From: an uncultured Clostridia bacterium
GTDB lineage: Bacteria; Bacillota; Clostridia; Christensenellales; UBA1242
Length of the DNA stretch: 64,000 bases
Direction of reading: 5' to 3'
Assembly: GCA_945919375.1 (NCBI GenBank)
Contig: CAMEJD010000004.1
Location: 27,443-91,442 of the forward strand
Position numbers and translations under genes: made by a program. A model generated the notes under the pieces. The model had not been told where the DNA came from and made no database searches. It worked only from the letters and a program-made list of their open reading frames with translations. Within the stretch, counting starts at the first letter, position 1; the number at the start of each line of letters is the position of its first letter. This document shows positions 37,820 through 46,628 of the stretch, piece after piece.

Positions 37820-39181
37820 TTAACAATTTTCTTGAATTTGCTTTTTAATGTCGTCCAAGATAACTTTTGTTTTGTGGTCTTTTTTAAGTTTTTCTGTTAT
37901 CTTATCTCTTGAGTGGATAATTGTAGTATGGTCCCTTCCGCCAAACAATTTACCAATGCTTACAAGTGGAACTTCAAGCATATCACTAATAAGATATATT
38001 GCCATCATTCTTGGTTCAACAATTTCTTTGCTTTTCTTTTTGCCAATAATTTCTTTGTATTCAACACCATAATATTTGCTTACTGTTTGAATGATAAGTT
38101 CTGGAGTTATTCTTTTGTTTTGTTCCTCGGCTTGTTCTTTTAATGCTTCTTTTGCATCTTCCAAGGTTGCATTCTTTTTGCCAAGAAGTGTTGCAAAGAA
38201 ATATACCTTTCCAAGAGAACCTTCCATTTCACGAATATTTGTATCAACTTTTTCAGCAATGAAATCTATTGCGTCATCGTCAATAAAATATCTTTCAATT
38301 TGTGCTTTTTTCCTTAATATCGCTATTCTTGTTTCATAGTCCGGTGCTTGAATATCTTGTATAAATCCACTAACAAAACGAGAACGGAGTCTGTCGGTTA
38401 ATGTTTCAATTTCTTTTGGTGGTCTATCTGAAGAAATGATAATTTGTTTGTCTTGTTGATATAGGTCATTAAATGTGTTAAAAAATTCTTCTTGTGTTTC
38501 TATTCTTTTTGTCAAAAATTGAATATCATCAATCATCAAAACATCAACACTTCTATATTTTTCTCTAAATGCTGCTGTTCCTTTTGTTGGACCTTTATCT
38601 TTGTTTGAACCTAGAGATTCAACAAAGTCGTTTGTAAATTGGTTACAAGAAACATATTTGATTTTGAGTTTTGGGTTGTTTTGCTTGATATAGTTCCCAA
38701 TTGCGTGCAACAAGTGGGTTTTTCCAAGTCCAACACCACCATATATAAATAATGGGTTAAATTTGTGCCCCGGATTTTCGGCAACTGCTTTTGCTGCTGC
38801 ATAACAAACCTGATTGCTTTTTCCAACAACAAAGTTGTCAAAAGTATACTTTGCGTTGAACATATTTTCATCTTCTTCTTTGTTTTGTTCGTCTACAATT
38901 GTTTCTGGTTTGTTCTTTTTTAAATATTCTTCTTTTTCGTCTGGATCAAGTATTTCATATTCTGTGTCTGAACCAAAAACATCTCTAATTGCTTCACCAA
39001 GTTCTTTTGCGTGATTTTTTTGGAGTTGTTTTTTTGCTGTTACAGAGTTTGCAACCAAAATTAACTTGTCGGTGTAATCAAGAGGAACAATTGGCTCAAG
39101 CCAAAGTTCATAAGATACAATGCTGACAAGTGGTTCAATTTTTGAAAGTACCCTTTCCCACATTTGATTTAGGTCTTGCAT
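37820..39181 (-). CDS. dnaA: Chromosomal replication initiator DnaA
   Basis: The AAA+ Walker A motif is GGVGLGKTHLLHAIGN. The C-terminal DNA-binding helix region is GGRDHTTIIHSRDKI. Confidence 0.97.
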   Translation of the reverse strand: MQDLNQMWERVLSKIEPLVSIVSYELWLEPIVPLDYTDKLILVANSVTAKKQLQKNHAKELGEAIRDVFGSDTEYEILDPDEKEEYLKKNKPETIVDEQNKEEDENMFNAKYTFDNFVVGKSNQVCYAAAKAVAENPGHKFNPLFIYGGVGLGKTHLLHAIGNYIKQNNPKLKIKYVSCNQFTNDFVESLGSNKDKGPTKGTAAFREKYRSVDVLMIDDIQFLTKRIETQEEFFNTFNDLYQQDKQIIISSDRPPKEIETLTDRLRSRFVSGFIQDIQAPDYETRIAILRKKAQIERYFIDDDAIDFIAEKVDTNIREMEGSLGKVYFFATLLGKKNATLEDAKEALKEQAEEQNKRITPELIIQTVSKYYGVEYKEIIGKKKSKEIVEPRMMAIYLISDMLEVPLVSIGKLFGGRDHTTIIHSRDKITEKLKKDHKTKVILDDIKKQIQENC

Positions 39182-39371
39182 TTTTTTCTCCGAATATATT
39201 ATAACTTATCTACCCTATTTTTGCAAATATTTTTTATTAGTCTATATAATAAGGATATATAGTATATATAATTATATTAGAAAAAATAAACATATCTTTT
39301 TTTAAGTTAAATATCTACTCTATATTGACATAAAAAATTTTGTGTGTTAGTATTTAAAACAAGGTTAATAA

Positions 39372-40292
39372 ATGAAGGATAAAACAGTAAGAAGAGTATT
39401 CGTAGTGATAATTATTGCAATATTTTTGATGGCGTTTTACATAGGAATCGCATATGAAGTGGAAAACAAAAAAGTTGAAGTTATTGACACAAGTAATGGA
39501 ACAAAAGATATTGAAGATATAATTTATGATGACCAAAAAACCGATGACCAAGAAAAAAGCGAAGATAATTCAAAACTTGAAGAAGAACCTGTGAAAGTTA
39601 AAACCTATACATCAAGTCAAGGGTTCTCGTGTTTTATGGATGCAATGAAAATTTTAAAAAATGGCAAAGGTTTTGAAATTCAATCAAAGACAACTGGGGT
39701 TGCCGTTGGAGAAACTCAATGGGTTGATGAAACAATTATTATGTCAAAGAATTATTACTACAAAACAAATACTGCATACACAACAATGCCTTCTATGGGG
39801 AAAACTTACTTTAGGTATTTTTACTCAAATGATGGTGGACAAAATATAGAGTACAAAAAGACGAATTCTTTAAATAGTGATAAATCGCCAAATTGGTCAA
39901 GTGGGATTGAACAATGTATGCTAAACAATGAGAATGTGAAAGATTATGATGGCTATGCCCTAAAACCTTTTGCGATTGAACCAACTTCAAAAAAAGAACT
40001 TGTAAGTTTTAATATAACAGATGATAAGTATTATCAAATAACTTTTAAAATAAATAATATTCCAAAAGATTATATTGAGAACATAAAACATGAAGGTGAT
40101 TTAGATTGGGTTAACATTAGCACAATAAATTTGAAATTTTATATAGAAAAAGCAACAATGTATATAAGAAAAGTTGAAAAAAGTGAAGTTTATGATTCCC
40201 AAAAAATAATAAAATTTACTTGCAAAACCAAACAAGTTTCAATAATAAAACAAATTGATAAAGAAATTATTCCACAAAAACCAACAATATAA
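39372..40292 (+). CDS. Hypothetical signal-anchored protein
   Basis: This 306-aa ORF has an N-terminal TM helix (VFVVIIIAIFLMAFYIGIAY) followed by an acidic linker. A candidate promoter upstream reads TTGACA-17-TAGTAT. Confidence 0.6.
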   Translation: MKDKTVRRVFVVIIIAIFLMAFYIGIAYEVENKKVEVIDTSNGTKDIEDIIYDDQKTDDQEKSEDNSKLEEEPVKVKTYTSSQGFSCFMDAMKILKNGKGFEIQSKTTGVAVGETQWVDETIIMSKNYYYKTNTAYTTMPSMGKTYFRYFYSNDGGQNIEYKKTNSLNSDKSPNWSSGIEQCMLNNENVKDYDGYALKPFAIEPTSKKELVSFNITDDKYYQITFKINNIPKDYIENIKHEGDLDWVNISTINLKFYIEKATMYIRKVEKSEVYDSQKIIKFTCKTKQVSIIKQIDKEIIPQKPTI

Positions 40293-40367
40293 GTTAAAAA
40301 TGACAAAAAATGAGAGAGTATAACGGTAAAAAAGTTTTTCAATAAAAAAGAATGTACGCTTGTTGAT

Positions 40368-40801
40368 GTGTATGATGATGACCCAAGTTTTGATTGCGAA
40401 AAGCAATTAAAACAGTGTAAAAACGCTATAAAGAATTATGAAAAATATATAAATGATTTTGAAGCAAGTAATGATATATACAATTCAAAAATGCCACACT
40501 GGTTCAGTATTATTTGTTGTGGTATTATAATTGCATTATCTAGGGGTTTTGCATTTGCCTTGTCAAACATCCCACTTTTTGCAATTGCAATAATAAGTGG
40601 TGTCTTGGGCGAATATATTTAATTAAAAAAGCAAAATTAATAAGAACGATAAAAGAAAACAACGAAAATATTGATCTTTACAAAACTTATAAAAATAGTT
40701 TACTTGAAGAAAAGGAATATTTGGAACTTTTAACTTTTAATAAAACACATAAAGACGTAAAAATTTATAACAAGTTTGAAAAACAAACAGATTTGAAATA
40801 A
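40368..40801 (+). pseudogene. Possible frameshifted small membrane-protein gene
   Basis: An 84-codon ORF with a GTG start ends at 40620-40622. A second frame is open across that stop from 40622 to the TAA at 40799-40801. It encodes plausible sequence (IKKAKLIRTIKENNENIDLYKTYKNSLLEEKEYLELL...). Confidence 0.25.
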
Positions 40802-40900
40802 AGCATCAATAAAAATAAACCAAACAATGATAATATTTTAGGAATATGATAATAACTCTTGAAAATTATGGTAAGATGTATTATAATGTATACAAATTAA

Positions 40901-41461
40901 ATGGAGAATAATATGAGATTAAAAGAATTTGAAAAAATGAATTCACAAGATATGAAAAAAGCAATAAAAATAGTAGAAGAAGAAGGAATAGAAAATTATA
41001 CATCAAAATTGTGTGGAAGTGATTTTACCATATTACCACGTAAAACAGGTTTTATTAGGAAAAAAAGAAAGAATATTTCAATAATATTAAGCGAAGAATG
41101 TGCTCAACAAATTATCAACAGGTCAAAAATGAACAAGTATTTAAGCATTATGAAAGGCGAAAAATATCCTGTAAGATTTGACGAAAACAAAATTTATGCT
41201 TATGAAATTGGAAAAGGCATAAATAAAATAAACGAAGTATACAACGCAAAAAAAGATGATGATAACTTTGATAATCTTGTAAGAGAATTAAATGATGAAC
41301 TTTCAAGAATAGTAACTTTTGATAAAAAAGAAAAAGTTGTAACAGTTAAATTTACAAGTGAAGATATTAGCAAAATTAAAACTATTTTGGCAAAAGTAAA
41401 CATTGCATTAAATTCTGCAAGAAATGAAAAAGCAAAAGAGAACAACGAACAAACACTTTGA
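40901..41461 (+). CDS. Hypothetical protein
   Basis: This is a 186-aa K/E-rich ORF. It is followed by a strong terminator. Confidence 0.55.
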   Translation: MENNMRLKEFEKMNSQDMKKAIKIVEEEGIENYTSKLCGSDFTILPRKTGFIRKKRKNISIILSEECAQQIINRSKMNKYLSIMKGEKYPVRFDENKIYAYEIGKGINKINEVYNAKKDDDNFDNLVRELNDELSRIVTFDKKEKVVTVKFTSEDISKIKTILAKVNIALNSARNEKAKENNEQTL

Positions 41462-41467
41462 TAAAAA

Positions 41468-41503
41468 CAAAAAATATCTACCAAACTTGGTAGATATTTT
41501 TTT
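41468..41503. terminator. Bidirectional intrinsic terminator
   Basis: The stem pairs atatctacc (41474-41482) with ggtagatat (41489-41497). An A-run and a T-run flank it. Confidence 0.7.
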
Positions 41504-41508
41504 GCCGT

Positions 41509-42582
41509 CTAACACATTTCTGCAACTGCATTGTATAAAGTACCAATGCTTGAACTTGAAAATTCTTTAACACAATCCACAAAAGGTTTTTGTGTTGGGA
41601 AGTCTTTTAGATAAGCATCATAATCAAATCTATAAACTCTTACAAGTTTGTCATAGTTGACACTTTTTATTGACTTTTCAAAATTTTCTTTTTCGCCCAT
41701 AAATGCATTGTAAATATTTGACCATTTTTGAAGCATAGGAACTGTTACAGTTGTTTCTTTTGACAAGTTGATATTGTTGTATTTTTCCAAAGTTGAAACA
41801 AATTCATCTTTTTCCAAAAGTTTGTATTCGCCATTAAAACCATTTAGATATTCAATTGAAGATTTTAATGTGGATATTGAACTTTTTAAAACAGCTAAAG
41901 TTTTTTCATTTGTTATTTGAGTTTTTGAAAGGTCAATATATATGCCATTTTCAATATAACTTGTGTGTTTTGGGAAAATGTAATTTTCACAAATATTACT
42001 AAAACTGTCACAAATATCAATAACTTGATTTGTAAGGTCTATATAATCTCTTTTGTAATCTTTTATCAATTGAAGATAAATATCCTTTACCATATCATTT
42101 GCAGGAAAATCTTTTTTGTTGAACTGTTTGTCAATTTCTAAAGACTTACTTGCAAAATCTTGAATATTTGTTGTTGTTGTTTTAAGTTTGTTTGAAAGGT
42201 CTTTATATTTTTCCTTAACTTTTCCTCCAACATCTGATGGTTTTACTGCAAGAATACCTGAAAACTCGGATATAAACTTGAATGAATTTACAAATATTTT
42301 GTCATATATATCAGGAATTTGTGTGTATGAACTTAATTTCTCTTTGTTGCTTTCTGTAACATATCCGGGTTCGGTTTTTATTTTGGATATAATTGTATTG
42401 ACATTTTCGCCACGTTTTATCCCATTTGCATATTCCTCATTTTGACAAATTGTTGTTATAAAAGTTTCAAAATCTTCACTTGTTGTTTTATAAAAATTTG
42501 GGTCATTGTCACAACCATAAAATCCAAAGGATATTACAAATGCTAAACATATTATCATAAAACATTTAATAAATTTTTTCAT
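41509..42582 (-). CDS. Hypothetical exported protein, probable lipoprotein, helical
   Basis: The signal peptide ends in FGFYGC, a non-canonical lipobox. The gene lies 12 nt downstream of 42595..43566. Confidence 0.6.
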   Translation of the reverse strand: MKKFIKCFMIICLAFVISFGFYGCDNDPNFYKTTSEDFETFITTICQNEEYANGIKRGENVNTIISKIKTEPGYVTESNKEKLSSYTQIPDIYDKIFVNSFKFISEFSGILAVKPSDVGGKVKEKYKDLSNKLKTTTTNIQDFASKSLEIDKQFNKKDFPANDMVKDIYLQLIKDYKRDYIDLTNQVIDICDSFSNICENYIFPKHTSYIENGIYIDLSKTQITNEKTLAVLKSSISTLKSSIEYLNGFNGEYKLLEKDEFVSTLEKYNNINLSKETTVTVPMLQKWSNIYNAFMGEKENFEKSIKSVNYDKLVRVYRFDYDAYLKDFPTQKPFVDCVKEFSSSSIGTLYNAVAEMC

Positions 42583-42594
42583 TATGCTCTCCTT

Positions 42595-43566
42595 TTAGCC
42601 TTCCACCAAGAAAAAGTCTTTTAAAAGTGTGTGGGCACTACTTTTTAATTCTTCCGATTCTTGTGAGTTTGCCCAAGCAGTGTATGTGTTGTTTGCCAAA
42701 CTTTCAACACATATTTTTGTATCAATTTTTGTAAAATTGTTTAAAATATTATCAAAAGATTCTTGTGAATTAAAGTAAGTTTTTGATGTGTTTAGTGCCG
42801 AACTTAAAAAATTTGTGAGATTTGTGAGTGATGTTTGAATGTTTGAAATATTGCAATCTTTTTCTGATAAATTTGAAACAAGTTTTTGTTGCCACAAACA
42901 AGACATATTTATAACAAAACCAGAATATCTGTTTGTGCTGAATGTGTTTGTTAGATAATTTTGATATATCACCGAAGCATTAACATAAAAATTTGTTAAA
43001 CTGTTTAGAAAATTAAAGTAATACAAATTATTGTAGTTATCAATTAAATCAATAACTGTTTTATTTGATTTGTTGTCAATATCAATTGTGTAACAGTCCA
43101 AATATGTGTCAATATAATTTTTGCAGTCATTTGCAGATTTTTTTAAATCAATAAAACTGTTTGTCATATTTCTTTGATACTTTAACATTTTTCCGTCATT
43201 GTTTTTTGTAAATATCAAATTGTCTAACATCTTGGTGTCAATTGTTGAATAAAGGTTATATATTTTTAAAACCTGTTCAATTATTTTTCCCCTTTCACCA
43301 ATTGAATTTTTAAAAGCTTCATCTTGTTCTCTGTCTTCACAAGTGACTATATATTGATAAATATTTGTGTTATAAGATATAACTTCGTTGATGCTTTCAT
43401 CTGTTTTATAATCATAAAAATTATTATAAGGTGCATTCATATCAACTTTTGGGCTAAATAAGAAATATAACCCAATGCCAGCACCAATTATTGCAAAAAC
43501 AATTAAGATTGAAAGTAATGCTTTTTTGTTTATAAAAGAATTCTTTGCCATATGCTCTCCTATCAA
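42595..43566 (-). CDS. Hypothetical signal-anchored extracytoplasmic protein
   Basis: The N-terminal TM helix is ALLSILIVFAIIGAGIGLYFLF. The body of the protein is N/Y/T-rich. Confidence 0.6.
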   Translation of the reverse strand: MIGEHMAKNSFINKKALLSILIVFAIIGAGIGLYFLFSPKVDMNAPYNNFYDYKTDESINEVISYNTNIYQYIVTCEDREQDEAFKNSIGERGKIIEQVLKIYNLYSTIDTKMLDNLIFTKNNDGKMLKYQRNMTNSFIDLKKSANDCKNYIDTYLDCYTIDIDNKSNKTVIDLIDNYNNLYYFNFLNSLTNFYVNASVIYQNYLTNTFSTNRYSGFVINMSCLWQQKLVSNLSEKDCNISNIQTSLTNLTNFLSSALNTSKTYFNSQESFDNILNNFTKIDTKICVESLANNTYTAWANSQESEELKSSAHTLLKDFFLVEG

Positions 43567-43647
43567 GATAATTTTAACACAATTATATCAATAAAGCAAT
43601 AGTACTAAAATAAAAAATTGCCCCCAAAAAAGGACAATTTTTGATTG

Positions 43648-44658
43648 TTATTTTGCAATTGTTTCACAATTCTTGTTTGCGTTTAAATCGTTTAGCAAAT
43701 CTTTTTTTATTGATTCAGTTATCATAGTTACATAATTTTTGTAAGAAAGTGGAATCTTTACACCCATTTTTTCAACATTTTTTATTGCTTTTTTAATATT
43801 AAAATTGTTTATTGTGTTTGATAAAATTAACTTTGCATTTGGGGTTTTGTTTGCAAAATCTATAATATCTTTTTTAATGACATCATATTTTTTCTTATCG
43901 CTTTTGTTATAAGGCTTAACAGAAAATACAATATCAACTTTGTTATATAAGGACTTTATCAAATCAAAATCAACATTTTCATAAAACAAGTTCATTGCAG
44001 GTAAAGCATTTGCCAAAAATGAAAACTCATTATCAAATACAGGTGCCGGTTTTAGTTGATACATACCTTTGTTGAGCAAAAAGAAAACATTTCCGGCATG
44101 TCTATCTGTTTGCATTGTCAAAAAATCAAAAATTGCAAGTTTGTATAAATGTGTAAGAGATTTGCTGATATTTATATTATATCCACTATTTTTTAAAATT
44201 TTTAAAACGTGATAGTAATCATAAAGTGAGTTTTTTCTATCTTTTGAGTATGCCGAATATTTTATTTCGGCAGCACTTTTAAGTTGTTCATTCCCTTTTG
44301 CAACATTATAAGAAATAATACCATTTGTGCCATTTATTGTTGCTGGCTCGCAGGTCGCACAATCAAGACCGATTTGTTTGCAAAGTTCCATACACAAAAG
44401 TTCGTTTACAATTCTTGCAGGTTTTGTAATTTTTTGTGCATCAAAAGATTTGAATATGGCATCTTTGCCATTTACCTTAAACCAGTAATTACCATAAGTT
44501 TTTGTTGATATGCCAACAAAGTTAGTTGTATTATATTCGCTTCTAAATTTTTTTGGCGATTTGTCCAAAATAACACCAGTGGCAAGTTTTATATTTTCAT
44601 ATCTTCCAATATTTTTTATTATTGGATTAAACTCGGTTTTTAATGTTGCTGTGTCCAT
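43648..44658 (-). CDS. HipA_C / PI3-PI4-kinase-like atypical kinase (paralog family, member 2)
   Basis: The motifs are AIFKSF, RIVNELLCMELCKQIG, TMQTDRHAGNVFFL and PAPVFDNEFSF. Confidence 0.6.
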   Translation of the reverse strand: MDTATLKTEFNPIIKNIGRYENIKLATGVILDKSPKKFRSEYNTTNFVGISTKTYGNYWFKVNGKDAIFKSFDAQKITKPARIVNELLCMELCKQIGLDCATCEPATINGTNGIISYNVAKGNEQLKSAAEIKYSAYSKDRKNSLYDYYHVLKILKNSGYNINISKSLTHLYKLAIFDFLTMQTDRHAGNVFFLLNKGMYQLKPAPVFDNEFSFLANALPAMNLFYENVDFDLIKSLYNKVDIVFSVKPYNKSDKKKYDVIKKDIIDFANKTPNAKLILSNTINNFNIKKAIKNVEKMGVKIPLSYKNYVTMITESIKKDLLNDLNANKNCETIAK

Positions 44659-44670
44659 AAAAAATTCCTT

Positions 44671-45675
44671 TTATAATTTTTGAATTAAGTATTTTTCCTT
44701 ATTGTTTAATATTTTTTTAAGGGTTTCAATTGTACGCCTAAATTCCTTTACACTTTCACAGGTTATCATTGTAATCAAATCCTTGTAGTCATTGGAAATG
44801 GTAATGCCCATATTTTCAACATTTTTTATTGCTGTTTGTATATCAATTTTGTCAAGTGTTTTGATAAGGATTTTTTTTGCGTCTTGGTTTTTGCTTGCAA
44901 AAATAACCAAATCATTTTTTATTGTATCATATTTTTCTTTTCCACTTTCAATTTTGTTAACAAGAAGCAAATTCCTACTTGTACTAAATAAACTTTTTGC
45001 AATATTAAAATCTATTTCTCTATAGTCTTGTACGGTATTATCAAGATTAAATGAACAAAAAGCAAACTCGTTGTCAAAAATTGGCGAAAGCCTTATTTCA
45101 TTTGTTTTTGTGTTTTCAATAAACTGAATATTTTCTGAATGCCTATCTGTGTGAAGCAATAATTCATCAATAAGGCATATTTGATATAATTTTAAAGTTT
45201 CTTTCCTTATATTGATTTTATAGCCTTTGGACTTTAATATCTTTAATGCATTGTAATAAGATTTTAAGGTATTGTTATATTCATAGTCGCCTGCTTTATG
45301 TTTTAATTTAGAGCCGGTTATTAGTTTTTCATCTTTTCCCAAAACATTATAGGAAGCAATGCCACTTATTCCGTCTAAGGAAGCAAGTTTACATTTTGCA
45401 CAATCAATTTCAACTTGCTTTGAAATTTCATAAAACAAAAGTTCGTTTACAATTCTGTTTAGTTTTGTGTTTTTCATACATTCAAAAGACTTGAAAATAA
45501 CCTTGTCTTCACCCAAATAATACCAATAATTACCAAAGTGTCTTGATGAAATACCTGTTCTTGGGTCTTCCCTTTTAGTTCTTTTTTTGTTGTCAATAAC
45601 AATACCGGGGGAAAGTTTTATATCCCCAAATTTGTCAAGATTTTTTAAGATTGGTTTATACTCACAATTTTGCAT
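44671..45675 (-). CDS. HipA_C / PI3-PI4-kinase-like atypical kinase (paralog family, member 1)
   Basis: The motifs are VIFKSF, RIVNELLFYEISKQV, LLHTDRHSENIQFI and SPIFDNEFAF. Confidence 0.6.
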   Translation of the reverse strand: MQNCEYKPILKNLDKFGDIKLSPGIVIDNKKRTKREDPRTGISSRHFGNYWYYLGEDKVIFKSFECMKNTKLNRIVNELLFYEISKQVEIDCAKCKLASLDGISGIASYNVLGKDEKLITGSKLKHKAGDYEYNNTLKSYYNALKILKSKGYKINIRKETLKLYQICLIDELLLHTDRHSENIQFIENTKTNEIRLSPIFDNEFAFCSFNLDNTVQDYREIDFNIAKSLFSTSRNLLLVNKIESGKEKYDTIKNDLVIFASKNQDAKKILIKTLDKIDIQTAIKNVENMGITISNDYKDLITMITCESVKEFRRTIETLKKILNNKEKYLIQKL

Positions 45676-45756
45676 ATTTACCTTACAAAATTAGTATATC
45701 ACAAGCAAAAAAATTGTCAATATAGTATATATACTAACAAACTTACAAAATATAAG

Positions 45757-45785
45757 TTGATTTTTTTGGGGGTGTTGTATATAAT
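45757..45785 (+). promoter_or_regulatory. Candidate sigma-A promoter for the rpmH operon
   Basis: TTGATT (45757-45762) is followed by a 17-nt spacer and TATAAT (45780-45785). Confidence 0.5.
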
Positions 45786-45871
45786 TAGTTTAGTTTAGTC
45801 GCAGACTATTCTGTTTTTTATCGTGCCTGTCTGCAATTTAACTAAATAAATAGAATAGGAGGAAATGTATT

Positions 45872-46012
45872 ATGGCAATGAAAAGAACATATCAACCAAA
45901 AAAGAGAAGAAGACAAAGTGTTCATGGCTTTAGAGAAAGAATGAGTACAAAAAGTGGTAGAAATGTTTTGAAACGTCGCAGAAACAGAGGTAGAAAAGTT
46001 TTGGCAGCGTAA
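45872..46012 (+). CDS. rpmH: 50S ribosomal protein L34
   Basis: It is below the ORF-track size cutoff. AGGAGG lies 9 nt upstream. The translation is [46 protein letters not shown]. Confidence 0.95.
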   Translation: MAMKRTYQPKKRRRQSVHGFRERMSTKSGRNVLKRRRNRGRKVLAA

Positions 46013-46021
46013 AGGAGCATT

Positions 46022-46369
46022 ATGATTAAAAGCATAAATCGCCTTAGAAAAAACAAACACTTTAAGTATGTTTATAAGCATGGAGAAACAAAAGGTTACA
46101 AACTTTTATTATTAACTTTTGTAAAATCAAAGATAAGCGAACCAAAAGTTGGTTTCAGCGTTTCAAAAAAGATTGGCAAAAGTGTTGTAAGAAACAAAGT
46201 GAAAAGAAGGCTTAGGTCTGCTTTTTGTGAACTATACCCAAATATAAAGAAAAACTATAACTATATTTTTTCTGCAAAACAAGGCATAGAAGAACTTTCC
46301 TTTGTTGAGATAAAAGATAATATGAAACAACTTTTTGTAAAAAATGGTTTGTATGAAGAAAATAATTAA
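46022..46369 (+). CDS. rnpA: Ribonuclease P protein component
   Basis: The 115-aa basic protein contains VGFSVSKKIGKSVVRNKVKRRLR. It lies directly after rpmH. Confidence 0.92.
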   Translation: MIKSINRLRKNKHFKYVYKHGETKGYKLLLLTFVKSKISEPKVGFSVSKKIGKSVVRNKVKRRLRSAFCELYPNIKKNYNYIFSAKQGIEELSFVEIKDNMKQLFVKNGLYEENN

Positions 46370-46628
46370 AATTATATTTTTCCCAATAGAAATTATTTTT
46401 TTATTTCTTATATACCTATACAAATGGTGTATATCTCCACTGCTACCAAAAACTTGCAGGTTTTATCCGTCATGCTCAACTTATGCAGTGATGGCGATAA
46501 AAGAGTTTGGCATATTTAAAGGAATATGTTTGGCAATTTCAAGGATATGTAGGTGTCGCCCAAACGGAAAATATGGGTTTGACCCAATACCACAAAATAT
46601 CAAGGGAGATAGTAAATGGATAGTATAA
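46344..46628 (+). CDS. yidD: Membrane protein insertion efficiency factor YidD
   Basis: The signature is CRFYPSCSTYAVMAIKEFG...CRCRPNGKYGFDPIP. The likely start is the MKKIIK ATG at 46353. Confidence 0.9.
   Translation: MVCMKKIIKIIFFPIEIIFLFLIYLYKWCISPLLPKTCRFYPSCSTYAVMAIKEFGIFKGICLAISRICRCRPNGKYGFDPIPQNIKGDSKWIV

Noticed and set aside
39198-39226. TTGCAA-17-TATAAT on the minus strand as a dnaA promoter, with a weak DnaA-box-like GGTAGATAA in the spacer
   Set aside because: The -10 element ends only about 6 nt from the GGAG ribosome-binding site. The predicted transcription start would therefore cut into or abolish the Shine-Dalgarno sequence, and the box has two mismatches.
15646-41503. 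Two bidirectional terminators (15646-15681 and 41468-41503) that share the stem ATATCTAC(C)/(G)GTAGATAT, considered as a possible dispersed REP-like element
   Set aside because: Only about 9-10 nt are shared and both sites sit in A/T-run contexts. The similarity is too short to distinguish from chance without genome-wide counts.
39372-45675. The insert between dnaA and rpmH considered as a mobile element or prophage remnant
   Set aside because: I recognised no integrase, transposase, recombinase, flanking tRNA or direct repeats. It is treated as a lineage-specific insertion of unknown origin rather than a mobile element.
45842-46081. A 79-aa minus-strand ORF
   Set aside because: It lies antisense to rpmH and the rnpA start, both of which are unambiguous.
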